A DNA stretch of 42,823 bases from Bacteroidales bacterium (GCA_017538085.1 JAFYJP010000151.1:1-42823); one strand, 5' to 3'; counted from the first letter of the stretch, positions 1 through 10,649 are shown. Notes: a model not told the origin generated them from the sequence alone. Numbers and translations: made by a program.

Positions 1-93
1 GTACTGAAAAATGAACTGGACCGGCTCGTTGAACAATGGGAAGACTCAATCTCGCAAAGTGAAGAAATGCAAAGTCAGAGCGAATCTAATTAA
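1..93 (+). CDS. 3' end of an unidentified CDS (last 30 codons, VLKNELDRLVEQWEDSISQSEEMQSQSESN*)
   Basis: Frame 1 is open from the window edge to TAA at 91-93. The fragment is too short and low in complexity to assign. Confidence 0.3.
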   Translation, partial: VLKNELDRLVEQWEDSISQSEEMQSQSESN

Positions 94-103
94 ATATTAT
101 TAT

Positions 104-111
104 TATATTTG
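104..111 (+). promoter_or_regulatory. Bacteroidota -7 promoter box TATATTTG
   Basis: Exact match to TAnnTTTG, 17 nt upstream of the ATG at 129. Confidence 0.55.
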
Positions 112-128
112 CAGAAAATACGTTACAA

Positions 129-1124
129 ATGAAAAGCAGTAAGGAACTTTTGGATTTAATAAATTATCAAATAACACAATTGGATAATTTATCACCGACA
201 ATGAAACTTGTTAAAGGTCCTGCAAATCTATATGAACCAATAATTTATGCAATGAATCAGGGCGGAAAGAGAATCCGCCCGACTCTTTTGTTGCTTACGA
301 ATCAAGCATACGGCGGCAATTTGGATGATGCCATGTACCCTGCTATGGGTATAGAATTATTTCATAATTTCACCTTACTGCATGATGATATAATGGATAG
401 AGCTGTGCTAAGACGCGGTAACCCGACAGTTTACCATAAATGGAACTCAAATATTGCCATTCTTTCGGGAGATGCCATGTGCGCCCTTGCTATCAAATAT
501 ATCTTTAAGACGAAATCGGAGTTTATGAGAGTGTTAACGGACACTTTTATCGACATGTCAATCAAAGTTTATGAAGGACAGCAATATGATGCTGATTTTG
601 AGAATATTGATGATGTTCCTATCAATGATTATCTGAATATGATATATCTTAAAACGGCTGTTCTGATAGGTGCAGCGATGAAGATAGGCGCAATAATAGC
701 AGGCAAGGATGAGACTGAACAGAACAGAATTTATGAATATGGATGCAATGTGGGCATGGCATTTCAACTGATGGACGATTTGCTTGACGTTTATGCCGAT
801 GAGAAAACTTTTGGCAAAAAACCTGGCGGAGATATTCTGTGCTGCAAGAAGACATACGTCTATCTCAAAGCCCTTGAAGTTGCTGATCCGGCAACAAGAA
901 AGGAACTCAAAACGGTGTATTGCTCCACTGACATGAATCCTGATGAAAAAATAAGAAAAGTGACTGCTGCATTCGATAAATTGGATGTCAAGGCACATAC
1001 ATATAATCTTGTTGATGACTATTATGCCAAAGCTGACAAACTCATGAAAGATATTGATATTACGTCTGAAAACAAGAAACAGCTGGTTGAATACTGTAAT
1101 AAGCTGGCACGTAGAAACTATTGA
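129..1124 (+). CDS. polyprenyl diphosphate synthase (trans-isoprenyl diphosphate synthase family)
   Basis: Both aspartate-rich motifs are present (LLHDDIMD and QLMDDLLD). Length is 331 aa. Product chain length cannot be judged by eye. Confidence 0.85.
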   Translation: MKSSKELLDLINYQITQLDNLSPTMKLVKGPANLYEPIIYAMNQGGKRIRPTLLLLTNQAYGGNLDDAMYPAMGIELFHNFTLLHDDIMDRAVLRRGNPTVYHKWNSNIAILSGDAMCALAIKYIFKTKSEFMRVLTDTFIDMSIKVYEGQQYDADFENIDDVPINDYLNMIYLKTAVLIGAAMKIGAIIAGKDETEQNRIYEYGCNVGMAFQLMDDLLDVYADEKTFGKKPGGDILCCKKTYVYLKALEVADPATRKELKTVYCSTDMNPDEKIRKVTAAFDKLDVKAHTYNLVDDYYAKADKLMKDIDITSENKKQLVEYCNKLARRNY

Positions 1125-1201
1125 TTTTTTGACACTGATTACGGTTTCATGCGGGAAACAGATAAAATATTTAGATTCGATTGAAGGTTAAATAATTGTA
1201 T

Positions 1202-2320
1202 ATGCTTGATAATAAGAAAGTTGTTAAATATGTTGGAATAGCCATCTCATTGGCAATACTTGCACTTTTAGTCTTTAAATTCACTTTTGTTGTATGGTAT
1301 GTCCTAATTGCTGCCGTGATTTCCAGCGTTGGTTCTCCAATAGTCAATTTCCTCAGAAAAAGAAAGATATCCAAAACCAAATATGTGTCTCCAGTGTTGG
1401 CAGCTATCATCACATTGGTGCTGATGATGGTGTGTCTAATTCTGATAATCATGCTTTTTGTCCCTTTGTTTGTCAGACAGGTGGATATAATTTCATCGAT
1501 AAACATCCAAAATGTAATGGCTTATCTTGACGAACCTATATACAAGGTGACTGATGTGCTGAGACGTCTGAAGCTAATAGGCCAGGATGATGACTTGCTG
1601 AAGGTTATTGGAAATCATCTGACTTCCATTGTTGATGCTTCATCGGTGACTTCATTTATATCCAATGCTATCAGTTCCTTAGGCGGTTTTTTCGTGTCAA
1701 CTTTCTCTATCATTTTCATAGCATTTTTCTTTTTGAAGGAAGACGACTTGTTTATCAAAATAGTTCTACTTTTTGTAAGTGAGGAAAACCATGAAAGGAT
1801 GATAACTGCTGTCGGTCATGTCGAGAAATTCTTGAGCAAATATATCATAGGCCTTCTTTTGGAAATATTGGGGATGTTTGTTCTTGAAAGCATCGGATTG
1901 TCAATCATAGGAGTGAATGGTGCATTGCCGCTTGCACTTATGGGGGCTTGTCTCAACGTTATCCCATACGTGGGACCGTTGATAGGTACTATCCTGGCGG
2001 TCATCATTGGCATAGCCTCCAAACTTGGTGGCGGAATTGTAGATAACAGCCTTATTATCCATGGAATACTGATTGCTGCAGTATTCATCGTGTCAAATTG
2101 GATAGATAACTTTTTCTTGCAACCGACAATATATTCAAGGAGTCTGCAGATACATCCTTTAGAAATCTTCCTTGTGATTCTTGTCGCTGGCAGCTTTGCA
2201 GGTATATTGGGAATGCTCATAGCAATACCGGCTTATACCATAATTAAGGTTATCGCCAAGGAGTTCTTCAGCCAATATGAAATTATTGATGAGTGGACAA
2301 GGAATATGAAAATTGAATAA
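1202..2320 (+). CDS. AI-2E family transporter (PerM/UPF0118-like permease)
   Basis: Polytopic membrane protein with an NVIPYVGPLIGT motif. I prefer the ATG at 1202 to the ORF-track TTG at 1196. Confidence 0.75.
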   Translation: MLDNKKVVKYVGIAISLAILALLVFKFTFVVWYVLIAAVISSVGSPIVNFLRKRKISKTKYVSPVLAAIITLVLMMVCLILIIMLFVPLFVRQVDIISSINIQNVMAYLDEPIYKVTDVLRRLKLIGQDDDLLKVIGNHLTSIVDASSVTSFISNAISSLGGFFVSTFSIIFIAFFFLKEDDLFIKIVLLFVSEENHERMITAVGHVEKFLSKYIIGLLLEILGMFVLESIGLSIIGVNGALPLALMGACLNVIPYVGPLIGTILAVIIGIASKLGGGIVDNSLIIHGILIAAVFIVSNWIDNFFLQPTIYSRSLQIHPLEIFLVILVAGSFAGILGMLIAIPAYTIIKVIAKEFFSQYEIIDEWTRNMKIE

Positions 2321-2333
2321 TTAATCATAAAAA

Positions 2334-3464
2334 ATGAATCTCGAATATAAATATATTGCAACTACATTTTCCGGACTTGAGGAAGTGCTTGAAAATGAAT
2401 TGATTGAGTTAGGTGCGGAAAACACTCATATCCTCACCCGTGCAGTCTCTTTTGAAGGCGACAGAACCATAATGTACAGAACTAACATGTATTGCAGAAC
2501 TGCCTTGCAGATTCTTGTGGAACTAAACACTGGCATTGTGAATTCAGCTGATGACATTTACGATTTGGTGATGGATGTCATTTGGGAGAAATATTTTCGT
2601 CCATACGACTCATTCTGTGTCAATGCAATAGTCAACCAATGTCCGTTTATCGACAATTCTTTGTATGCTGCCCTGAAGGTTAAAGATGCGATTGTTGACC
2701 AGCTGAGAGACACTTTTGGCGTAAGACCTTCTGTTGACAAGGAAAATCCTAATGTGATGGTAAATGTCCATATTTACCGCGACAAGTTCAGTCTGTACCT
2801 CAATACTTCCGGACTGCCTCTGTTCAAGAGAGGATATAAGGTATGTGCGGTATCTTCACCTCTCAATGAGGTGCTTGCAGCAGGCATGATTTATCTTAGC
2901 GGATGGCCCAAGAATGTCCCGTTGTATGACCCGTTCTGCGGTTCTGGTACGATACTAATCGAAGGCGCAATGATTGCCATGAATGTTGCTCCGGGACTTT
3001 ATCGTGACTTTTTTGCATTTCAGAAATTGAAATCTTATAATAGGGCAGTGTTCAATGAAATAGTTGAAGAAGCCAAGTCGAAGATTATTTATGATGCGCC
3101 GCCAATCATTGGCTCGGATATTTCCGACAAAGCAGTGAATTATGCCAATGCCAATATTAAAAATGCTGGATTTTCTGATTTTATCAAGGTTGAGCAGTTT
3201 GCTTTTGGTGACTGTTTCCCTGAAATCAGTGATGGATATATCATCACCAACCCTCCGTATGGTGTCCGTACTGACAAAGAAAATCTGACTGATTTGTATA
3301 AGCTTATCGGTGATACGTTCAAACATCATTTCAACGGCTTTTCTTGCTGGGTCATATCTTCCGATAAGGATGCAGTTGATTCCATCGGGCTTCATGCATC
3401 GTCAAAAAGAAAGCTCTTCAACGGACCTCTTGAATGCAGGTTCTTAGGGTATAGGATGTATTGA
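2334..3464 (+). CDS. THUMP-domain class I SAM-dependent RNA methyltransferase (RlmL/RlmK-like)
   Basis: SAM motif I (DPFCGSGT) and motif IV (ITNPPYG) follow an N-terminal THUMP-like region. Confidence 0.8.
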   Translation: MNLEYKYIATTFSGLEEVLENELIELGAENTHILTRAVSFEGDRTIMYRTNMYCRTALQILVELNTGIVNSADDIYDLVMDVIWEKYFRPYDSFCVNAIVNQCPFIDNSLYAALKVKDAIVDQLRDTFGVRPSVDKENPNVMVNVHIYRDKFSLYLNTSGLPLFKRGYKVCAVSSPLNEVLAAGMIYLSGWPKNVPLYDPFCGSGTILIEGAMIAMNVAPGLYRDFFAFQKLKSYNRAVFNEIVEEAKSKIIYDAPPIIGSDISDKAVNYANANIKNAGFSDFIKVEQFAFGDCFPEISDGYIITNPPYGVRTDKENLTDLYKLIGDTFKHHFNGFSCWVISSDKDAVDSIGLHASSKRKLFNGPLECRFLGYRMY

Positions 3465-3466
3465 TT

Positions 3467-5953
3467 ATGAAATGTGCCGAGATACTGCTCCCGTTGCCCC
3501 TACAGGAGACCTTCACTTACCAGGTTCCTGAAGATTTGGCCGATAAGCTGAGAGTTGGCGTCAGGGTTATAGTACCGTTCGGCAAAAAGAAATATTATTC
3601 CGGTGTCGTAGTCAGAGTCTTCGATTCTCCTGACACGGAATTTGGTTATGTGCTGAAATCCATCCTTTACGTCATTGATGAAAGACCTATAGTGTCAGAA
3701 ATCCAACTGTCGCTGTGGCGCTGGATATCATCATATTACATCGCAAATATCGGAGATGTGATGAATATCGCATTGCCTGCACTGTTCAAAATATCCAGTG
3801 AGACATATATTACGGTCAACCCGGATTTTCTTGGTGAGGTTGACGGATTCGACGACAGAGTCTATAATCTTCTTGATGCCTTGAATGAAAACAAGAAACT
3901 CACGATTAAGCAGGTTGAGTCGATAATAGATGTGAATAATGTGTATAAATTCATTCAAGCGTTGGTCTCATCTGGGGTTGTGGATTTTGTCGAGGAAATA
4001 AAGAACCCGTATCGGCCGAAATATGAGGATGTTGTGGAAATCAATGAGCCCTTCCGCAATGATACCGCAATGAACGAACTTTTCAATTCACTTGAAAAGC
4101 GTTCCTACAGACAGATGGAATTTATGCTTGCATATTTTAAGTGTGCAGGTGCCCAGTCAGACCAGTTTCCGTCAATACCTCTCAAGTTGATTCAGAATGA
4201 AGTAAAATGTGACAGAGCCATTGCAAATGCTTTAGTGAAGAAGAATGTAATCACAATATCCAAACGCAAAGTTGACAGGATAGAGAAGAGTGAGGCATCT
4301 GATTGCATTGACAATCTGCAACTTACTGATGCGCAGAGCCTTGCCCTTGAGGAAATCAAAACTGGTATGGTGGATAAGAATGTGATATTGCTTCATGGTG
4401 TGACTTCGAGCGGCAAGACTGAAATATATTTCAAACTGATAGAGGAGGCTGTAAAAAATAAAAAGCAGGTACTGTTACTGCTTCCCGACATTGCTCTGAC
4501 TACTCAGATTGTTGCACGCACTGTAAATTACTTCGGACATCGGGTTGGGGTACTGCATTCCAAATTCAATCATAATGAGAAGGTGGAAATATGGAATTCG
4601 GTGCTTGACAACAATGCCGATTTTGATGAGGGATGCAATATAATTGTCGGTACACGTTCCTCTATTTTTCTGCCTTTCAATAACTTGGGTCTGATTATAG
4701 TTGACGATGAACATGATTATTCGTACAAGCAAAATGAATTTTCCCCACGTTATAATGCGAGGGATTGTGCGGTATATTTGGCAGGATTGTATAATTCCAA
4801 AGTTGTGCTGGGCTCAGCCACGCCTTCCATTGAGTCGTATTATAATGCCAAGAATAACAAGTACGGACTTGTAACGTTGAAGGAACGTTATGGCGGCTTG
4901 ACGCCTCCCGAAATCCGTGTCGTTGACATGAAGGATGAAAAGCGTTTCGACAGAATAAAGGCTGACAATTATTCGGTAGAGTTGATTGATGCCATAAAGG
5001 CTGCATTGGATGCTAAGCGTCAGGTGTTGGTGTTCCAAAACAGACGCGGCTTTTCGCTGAGACTGGAATGTGAGGTCTGCGGATGGGTTCCCACTTGCAT
5101 GAACTGTGATGTGTCTCTAATATATCATAAGGTGTTCAATCAGATGCGCTGCCATTATTGCGGCTACCATACCGAGATACCGGGTGTCTGTCCGCACTGT
5201 CACAGTACAAATATCGTGATGAAAGGCTTCGGAACTGAAAAGGTTGAAGAAGATCTTCAGACTTTGTTCCCCGATGCCGTAATAAAAAGGATGGACCTTG
5301 ACACTACAAGACGAAAAAATGCCTTTAATGAGATTATCAGTGAGTTTACTTCAGGAAAGATAGATATTCTTGTAGGTACTCAGATGATTACCAAAGGGTT
5401 GGATTTTGAGAACATATTGCTTGTGGCTGTTGTAAATGCCGACACATTGTTGTATTACCCTGATTTCAGGGCTTTTGAAAGAGCTTTTCAGGAACTGACG
5501 CAGGTCAGCGGTAGGGCAGGGAGAAAAAAAGACCGTGGAAAGGTTATCATTCAGACTTTTTCACCATATCATTCCGCAATAGTTTATACTGTGGATAATG
5601 ATTATGAAAAAATGTATTACAGCCAGATTATTGAACGTCAGGCGCATAAGTATCCCCCGCTGTACAGGTTGATAAATGTGAAGGTCAAACATAAGGATCC
5701 TGCGGTTGTCAATGAGGCTTCAAAGGTTTTTGCATCGTTGCTTCGTCAGGAATTAGGAGACAGAGTGCTGGGACCGGAATATGGCTCCATTCCTCGTGTC
5801 AATAATTTGTATATCAAGGATATAATGGTAAAAATCGAGCGGAATAAGAATTTCGCCGCATTAAAATCGAAATTTGTTGATATCTATACTGCCTTTTTGA
5901 TGAAACCGCAATACAAAGGTGTTATGGTGGTTATTGACGTTGACCCGTATTGA
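3467..5953 (+). CDS. priA: primosomal protein N' (replication restart helicase PriA)
   Basis: Walker A (GVTSSGKTE), DDEHD box and a Cys-rich zinc-binding insert (CEVCG..CMNCD..CHYCG..CPHC). The ATG at 3467 is preferred; the TTG at 3461 would overlap the upstream stop. Confidence 0.92.
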   Translation: MKCAEILLPLPLQETFTYQVPEDLADKLRVGVRVIVPFGKKKYYSGVVVRVFDSPDTEFGYVLKSILYVIDERPIVSEIQLSLWRWISSYYIANIGDVMNIALPALFKISSETYITVNPDFLGEVDGFDDRVYNLLDALNENKKLTIKQVESIIDVNNVYKFIQALVSSGVVDFVEEIKNPYRPKYEDVVEINEPFRNDTAMNELFNSLEKRSYRQMEFMLAYFKCAGAQSDQFPSIPLKLIQNEVKCDRAIANALVKKNVITISKRKVDRIEKSEASDCIDNLQLTDAQSLALEEIKTGMVDKNVILLHGVTSSGKTEIYFKLIEEAVKNKKQVLLLLPDIALTTQIVARTVNYFGHRVGVLHSKFNHNEKVEIWNSVLDNNADFDEGCNIIVGTRSSIFLPFNNLGLIIVDDEHDYSYKQNEFSPRYNARDCAVYLAGLYNSKVVLGSATPSIESYYNAKNNKYGLVTLKERYGGLTPPEIRVVDMKDEKRFDRIKADNYSVELIDAIKAALDAKRQVLVFQNRRGFSLRLECEVCGWVPTCMNCDVSLIYHKVFNQMRCHYCGYHTEIPGVCPHCHSTNIVMKGFGTEKVEEDLQTLFPDAVIKRMDLDTTRRKNAFNEIISEFTSGKIDILVGTQMITKGLDFENILLVAVVNADTLLYYPDFRAFERAFQELTQVSGRAGRKKDRGKVIIQTFSPYHSAIVYTVDNDYEKMYYSQIIERQAHKYPPLYRLINVKVKHKDPAVVNEASKVFASLLRQELGDRVLGPEYGSIPRVNNLYIKDIMVKIERNKNFAALKSKFVDIYTAFLMKPQYKGVMVVIDVDPY

Positions 5954-6028
5954 TGCGATGGCAATTGTATTGCACATTCTGGTAAATGATGATTTACATA
6001 TTGTGGGATGATGATTTGTCCCTACAGG

Positions 6029-6328
6029 TCATTCGTCAGGGGATTGGATGATATACACATCTTCGTTTTTCTTCTTCATGAAATAATGTTCACGTGCGTA
6101 TTCCTCTCGGAATTTCGGGTCGTTTTTCAACCTTTCCAGGGTTATGCTGTCTTTTTCGTATTCCTCGTTGTATTTGTCGAGCTGTTCCTGCATACCCCTT
6201 AGTTCCTTGTTCATCTTATGAAGCTTCAATAGGTTGTATTTGTCGAAAAATATGATTAAAAGGGCAAATACAAGTGTCAGAATGAAGTACTTGTTCAGGA
6301 AGATGCGTCGCCAGTTGATTTTTCTCAT
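6029..6328 (-). CDS. septum formation initiator family protein (FtsB/DivIC-like)
   Basis: 99 aa, with one N-terminal TM helix followed by a coiled-coil (LKLHKMNKELRGMQEQLDKYNEEYEKD). Confidence 0.65.
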   Translation of the reverse strand: MRKINWRRIFLNKYFILTLVFALLIIFFDKYNLLKLHKMNKELRGMQEQLDKYNEEYEKDSITLERLKNDPKFREEYAREHYFMKKKNEDVYIIQSPDE

Positions 6329-6332
6329 AATG

Positions 6333-7031
6333 TTATGGCTTTATAATCCACCTCTGACCTCTATAATAGTCATCCTCGTCCTCGTCCTCGTCAAGAGGAA
6401 CCTGTTCCACAGATTTGAGTTTTTTGAAAGCATGAATCCACAGGATTATGACGTATGGTATGAATAATGATGTCAGCCATGTGTAACTTGTCATCAGACA
6501 ATAGTCATATAATCCGTGAAGTATGATAGGGATAATGATTGACGTGAATATATAAGAGGTACGGTTTTTCTCGTCAAATTTTGCCATGCCAAAGTAGTAA
6601 CCCATTGTCAATCCGAATATTGCGTGAGCAGGGACTGCGGTTATTGCTCTGGAAATCGCTGTACCAACTCCACCTTCCATTACATAAAGTATGTTTTCCA
6701 GTCCGGCAAATCCAAGAGATACATATACGCCATAAACTATTCCGTCGAATTTTTCGTTGAATTCCTGGTTTTTCCATATTAGAAAATACAGCGCGAGAAA
6801 TTTGAAGATTTCTTCTGTGAAACCTGCAACGGCAAAAGCCTCGTAAAAAGGTGAGCTGCTGAATTGGATGAGAAACTGTTCAATATATGACACCGGGAAA
6901 CAGATGAGAGCACCCCATAGCAAACCTCTTAGGAGGAGCTTTGTGGGTTCCTTGTCATACAGGTCGCGGTTATAGATGTAAAATGCTATGATTGCGACTG
7001 GAGCCAGAGATAAAATGAGGAGGGTTGACAT
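6333..7031 (-). CDS. PrsW family intramembrane glutamic endopeptidase
   Basis: Multi-TM protein with FTEEIFKF and PAHAIFG motifs and an acidic C-terminal tail (DEDEDEDD). Confidence 0.7.
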   Translation of the reverse strand: MSTLLILSLAPVAIIAFYIYNRDLYDKEPTKLLLRGLLWGALICFPVSYIEQFLIQFSSSPFYEAFAVAGFTEEIFKFLALYFLIWKNQEFNEKFDGIVYGVYVSLGFAGLENILYVMEGGVGTAISRAITAVPAHAIFGLTMGYYFGMAKFDEKNRTSYIFTSIIIPIILHGLYDYCLMTSYTWLTSLFIPYVIILWIHAFKKLKSVEQVPLDEDEDEDDYYRGQRWIIKP

Positions 7032-7056
7032 ATTTCTTATTTTTTGTGATTAAGTA

Positions 7057-7095
7057 AAAGACGCGGCATACCATAAATAAGTATGCAGCGTCTTT
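7057..7095 (-). terminator. imperfect 15-bp hairpin downstream of glyA (possible terminator or attenuator before prsW)
   Basis: AAAGACGCGGCATAC (7057-7071) pairs with GTATGCAGCGTCTTT (7081-7095) with one mismatch. On the minus strand it is followed by only a short T4 run. Confidence 0.45.
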
Positions 7096-7107
7096 ACATT
7101 TTGTTGG

Positions 7108-8412
7108 TTACCAAGCGAATAATGGACGTGGTGACATCATTGCGTTGACCTTTTTGCGGGTTTCGATGATGACATCCTCATCAATGGTGCATTGGTTGCC
7201 GTCAGGTTTGATGTTGCTGATGACATTGTCAATCATATCAACGATGACAGGCATATCGGCTTCCTTGAGGCCACGTGTGGTGATTGCAGGGGTGCCTATG
7301 CGCAGACCGGATGTCTGGAATGGTGTGCGTGAGTCGAATGGAACCATGTTCTTGTTGACAGTGATGTCGGCTCTGACGAGAGTGTTTTCAACCATCTTAC
7401 CTGTAACCAGTGGGAAGTTCTTGCGAAGGTCGATGAGCATCAGGTGGTTGTCGGTACCGCCTGAAACAACGCCGTAACCCTTGCGGATGAATTCGTCGCA
7501 CATAACCTTTGCATTCTTCTTGACTTGTTCAACATAAGTCTTGTAGTCATCGGAAAGAGCTTCACCGAGAGCGACAGCCTTAGCTGCGATAACGTGTTCT
7601 AACGGACCGCCCTGAACGCCAGGGAAGACAGCTGAATCAAGCAGTGATGACATTTTACGGATGATACCTTTCTTTGTGACCTTGCCGTAAGGGTTGTCGA
7701 AATCGTGACCTATGAGAATCATACCTCCACGAGGACCTCTCAGTGTCTTGTGGGTTGTTGTGGTTACGATGTGGCAGTAAGGCATCGGGTCGTTGAGGAG
7801 ACCTCTTGCGATAAGTCCTGAAGGGTGTGAAATGTCGGCCATGAGGATGGCTCCAATTTTGTCGGCAACTTCTCTCATGCGCTTGTAATCCCAGTCGCGT
7901 GAATAAGCAGATGCACCGCAGATTATAAGTTTTGGCTTTGTTTCAAGAGCGAGCTTTTCGAAAGCGTCATAATCAACTGTTCCTGTCTTTTCGTCAACCA
8001 TGTATCCTACCGGTTTGTAAAGAATACCTGAGGAGTTGACAGGTGAGCCATGTGACAGGTGACCGCCGTGTGACAGATCCAGTCCCATGAATGTGTCTCC
8101 AGGCTGCAGGCATGCAAGCAATACTGCCATGTTTGCCTGTGCGCCGCTGTGAGGCTGAATGTTAACCCATTCGGCTCCATACAACTCCTTCGCCCTGTCA
8201 ATGGCAATGTTTTCAGTGATGTCAACATTCTGACAACCACCATAATACCTTGCTCCGGGATAACCTTCAGCATACTTGTTTGTCATAACAGAACCCATTG
8301 CTTCAAGAACCTGGTCACTGACAAAGTTCTCGGATGCAATAAGCTCAATGCCATTAGTCTGGCGTTCTCTTTCTTTTTGAATGACTTCAAATACTTTTTC
8401 GTCGCGTTTCAT
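7108..8412 (-). CDS. glyA: serine hydroxymethyltransferase
   Basis: PLP-lysine motif [14 protein letters not shown] and SHGGHLSHG. 434 aa. Confidence 0.97.
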   Translation of the reverse strand: MKRDEKVFEVIQKERERQTNGIELIASENFVSDQVLEAMGSVMTNKYAEGYPGARYYGGCQNVDITENIAIDRAKELYGAEWVNIQPHSGAQANMAVLLACLQPGDTFMGLDLSHGGHLSHGSPVNSSGILYKPVGYMVDEKTGTVDYDAFEKLALETKPKLIICGASAYSRDWDYKRMREVADKIGAILMADISHPSGLIARGLLNDPMPYCHIVTTTTHKTLRGPRGGMILIGHDFDNPYGKVTKKGIIRKMSSLLDSAVFPGVQGGPLEHVIAAKAVALGEALSDDYKTYVEQVKKNAKVMCDEFIRKGYGVVSGGTDNHLMLIDLRKNFPLVTGKMVENTLVRADITVNKNMVPFDSRTPFQTSGLRIGTPAITTRGLKEADMPVIVDMIDNVISNIKPDGNQCTIDEDVIIETRKKVNAMMSPRPLFAW

Positions 8413-8485
8413 TTTTCTTAATCTGTTTTATTACTGAAATAATATATTATTTAATCCGTTTTATCGTTGAATATATATAATCTTG

Positions 8486-8493
8486 CAAAGATA
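8486..8493 (-). promoter_or_regulatory. -7 promoter box (minus strand TATCTTTG) for glyA
   Basis: Exact TAnnTTTG on the minus strand, 73 nt upstream of the glyA ATG. Confidence 0.5.
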
Positions 8494-8546
8494 GTTAAAA
8501 GATAGTATTTAAGCATGATAATTTGGTTGAAAATTATTTTTTTGAT

Positions 8547-8554
8547 TATTTTTG
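8547..8554 (+). promoter_or_regulatory. -7 promoter box TATTTTTG
   Basis: Exact TAnnTTTG, 31 nt upstream of the ATG at 8586. It lies inside the ORF-track extension that starts at the TTG at 8523. Confidence 0.55.
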
Positions 8555-8585
8555 TAGATTGTTTCAAAAGATAAAATTCGGAATT

Positions 8586-9326
8586 ATGGATAGAAAACTT
8601 GTGATTATACCTACCTATAACGAGAAGGAAAACATTGAGAAGATTATTCGCGCTGTATTTCAGAAGGAAGGCGAATTCAACATTCTTATTGTCGATGACA
8701 ATTCTCCTGATGGGACGGCTGGAATCGTGAAGAAATTAATGGAGGAATTCCCTAAACGTCTTTTTATCAAGGAACGTGAAGGGAAACTGGGCTTGGGTAC
8801 GGCATATATTCTTGGTTTCAAGTGGGCGTTGGAACAGAATTATGATTACATTTTCGAGATGGATGCCGACTTTTCACATAATCCGGATGATCTGATAAGA
8901 CTGTATCGTGCTTGTGCCGAAGGCAATGATGTGGCTATAGGGTCAAGATATGTCAGCGGTGTAAACGTTGTCAACTGGCCTATGAGACGTATTTTGCTGT
9001 CGTATTATGCCTCCAAGTACGTCAGAATTGTAACCAGAATTCCTGTCAGAGATACGACAGCGGGCTTTATGTGCTATACATCGCGCGCTTTGCGTGCCAT
9101 CAATTTCGACAATATTAAATTCACTGGCTATGCATTCCAGATTGAAATGAAATATACGGTCTGGAAACTTGGCGGAAAAATCAAGGAAGTGCCTATTATC
9201 TTCTATGACAGAACCGAAGGCACGTCAAAGATGAGCGGCAGCATTTTCGGTGAGGCTGTGTTCGGTGTGATTAACCTTACTTTCAGAAATATCAAGAAAC
9301 TGCATTATGGATTTTCTGCTTCGTAA
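8586..9326 (+). CDS. GT2 polyprenol-phosphate glycosyltransferase (Dpm1-like polyprenol monophosphomannose synthase)
   Basis: Motifs IIPTYNEKENI, VDDNSPDGT and EMDADFSH. Start moved to the ATG at 8586 (MDRKLVIIPTYNE) because a promoter box lies inside the longer ORF. Confidence 0.85.
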   Translation: MDRKLVIIPTYNEKENIEKIIRAVFQKEGEFNILIVDDNSPDGTAGIVKKLMEEFPKRLFIKEREGKLGLGTAYILGFKWALEQNYDYIFEMDADFSHNPDDLIRLYRACAEGNDVAIGSRYVSGVNVVNWPMRRILLSYYASKYVRIVTRIPVRDTTAGFMCYTSRALRAINFDNIKFTGYAFQIEMKYTVWKLGGKIKEVPIIFYDRTEGTSKMSGSIFGEAVFGVINLTFRNIKKLHYGFSAS

Positions 9327-10647
9327 TGCATTTGTAGTAAATGAAGGAAGGCAATATGTTGCCAATATCCATATCTCAGACGGGATAATCACAGGAATTG
9401 ACAACACATTGTCGCTTTCAGGTAAGCAGGGTGCTACAGAAATAGACCTGACGGGACTTTATCTGTTGCCTGGTGTTATTGACGAGCATGTGCATTTCCG
9501 TGACCCTGGGTTTACTTATAAGGCTGATATGGAATCTGAAAGCCGAGCTGCCGTTGCAGGCGGAGTGACTTCTTTTATGGATATGCCTAATACAAATCCA
9601 CAAACGACTACGAATCAGCTTGTTGAAGAAAAATACCGTTATGCCGAAGGCAGGTGCTATGCCAATTACGGATTTTATCTTGGTGCCACAAACGACAATA
9701 TTGTTGAAATAAAGTCTGTAAATCCACATTCGGTACCTGGAATCAAGGTGTTTGTCGGCTCTTCTACTGGTAATATGCTGACTGATGACGAGGCTGTGCT
9801 TGACAGAATATTCGCCGAGTCTCCTATACTGATTGCGGTGCACTCCGAGGATGAGAATCTTATACGTCAGAATTTGCAGATTGCAAGGAATTTATATGCC
9901 GACAACCCTGATGCTTCAGTACATCCGTTTATTCGCAACTCTGAGGTGTGCTTTAATTCCTCCAAGAGAATAGTTGAACTTGCTAAAACGCATAATTCAA
10001 GACTTCATGTTCTTCATGTAACAACTGAGAAAGAATTGTCTTTGTTTTCACCGGAAATAATTCAGAACAAAAGAATTACAGCTGAGGTTACAGTCAATCA
10101 TCTCTGGTTCGATGAGAGGGATTATGCAACCAAGTCGAATCTGATAAAATGTAATCCTGCAATAAAGTGTGAATCTGACAAACTTGCTTTGCGGCAGGCT
10201 CTGGTAGAGGGTTTGATAGACACCATAGGCACTGATCATGCGCCTCATACTTTGGATGAGAAGATGCGTCCTTATTATCAAGCACCTTCGGGAATGCCTT
10301 CAATCCAACATTCTCTGCTTGCAATGCTGGAAATGTCAAAGAATGGAATATTCAAACTTGAGATGATTCCTGTATGGATGTCCCATAATCCTGCAATGTG
10401 TTACAAAATTCACAACAGGGGTTTTGTAAGGGAAGGCTATGCTGCTGACCTGACCGTCGTGGACCTGCATTCAGAAACTCAGGTAACACGCGGCAATTAT
10501 TATTATAAGTGTGGATGGTCTCCTTATGACGGAACTGATTTTACTTCAAAGATTAGATATACATTCGTAAACGGTTGTATGGCGTATGATGGAAATTCCA
10601 TCGTGGGTACGCCGCATGGTAAAAGATTAATTTTTAATTGGAGTTAA
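9307..10647 (+). CDS. pyrC: dihydroorotase (amidohydrolase superfamily)
   Basis: All metal ligands appear present: DEHVHFRDPG, GIKVF (Lys), AVHSED, HVLHVTT, GTDHAPH. It overlaps the upstream GT2 gene by 20 nt. Confidence 0.85.
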   Translation: MDFLLRNAFVVNEGRQYVANIHISDGIITGIDNTLSLSGKQGATEIDLTGLYLLPGVIDEHVHFRDPGFTYKADMESESRAAVAGGVTSFMDMPNTNPQTTTNQLVEEKYRYAEGRCYANYGFYLGATNDNIVEIKSVNPHSVPGIKVFVGSSTGNMLTDDEAVLDRIFAESPILIAVHSEDENLIRQNLQIARNLYADNPDASVHPFIRNSEVCFNSSKRIVELAKTHNSRLHVLHVTTEKELSLFSPEIIQNKRITAEVTVNHLWFDERDYATKSNLIKCNPAIKCESDKLALRQALVEGLIDTIGTDHAPHTLDEKMRPYYQAPSGMPSIQHSLLAMLEMSKNGIFKLEMIPVWMSHNPAMCYKIHNRGFVREGYAADLTVVDLHSETQVTRGNYYYKCGWSPYDGTDFTSKIRYTFVNGCMAYDGNSIVGTPHGKRLIFNWS

Positions 10648-10649
10648 AA

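Noticed and set aside
5189-5203. A CPHCH (CxxCH) heme-binding-like motif, relevant because ccsBA lacks a visible client.
   Set aside because: It lies in the cytoplasmic PriA zinc-finger insert together with three other Cys pairs, so it is a zinc ligand set and not a cytochrome c.
6374-6391. Three perfect CCTCGT repeats encoding the DEDEDE tail of PrsW.
   Set aside because: It is an in-frame 18-nt microsatellite within an acidic tail. Copy-number change would only lengthen or shorten the tail, and no regulatory role is evident.
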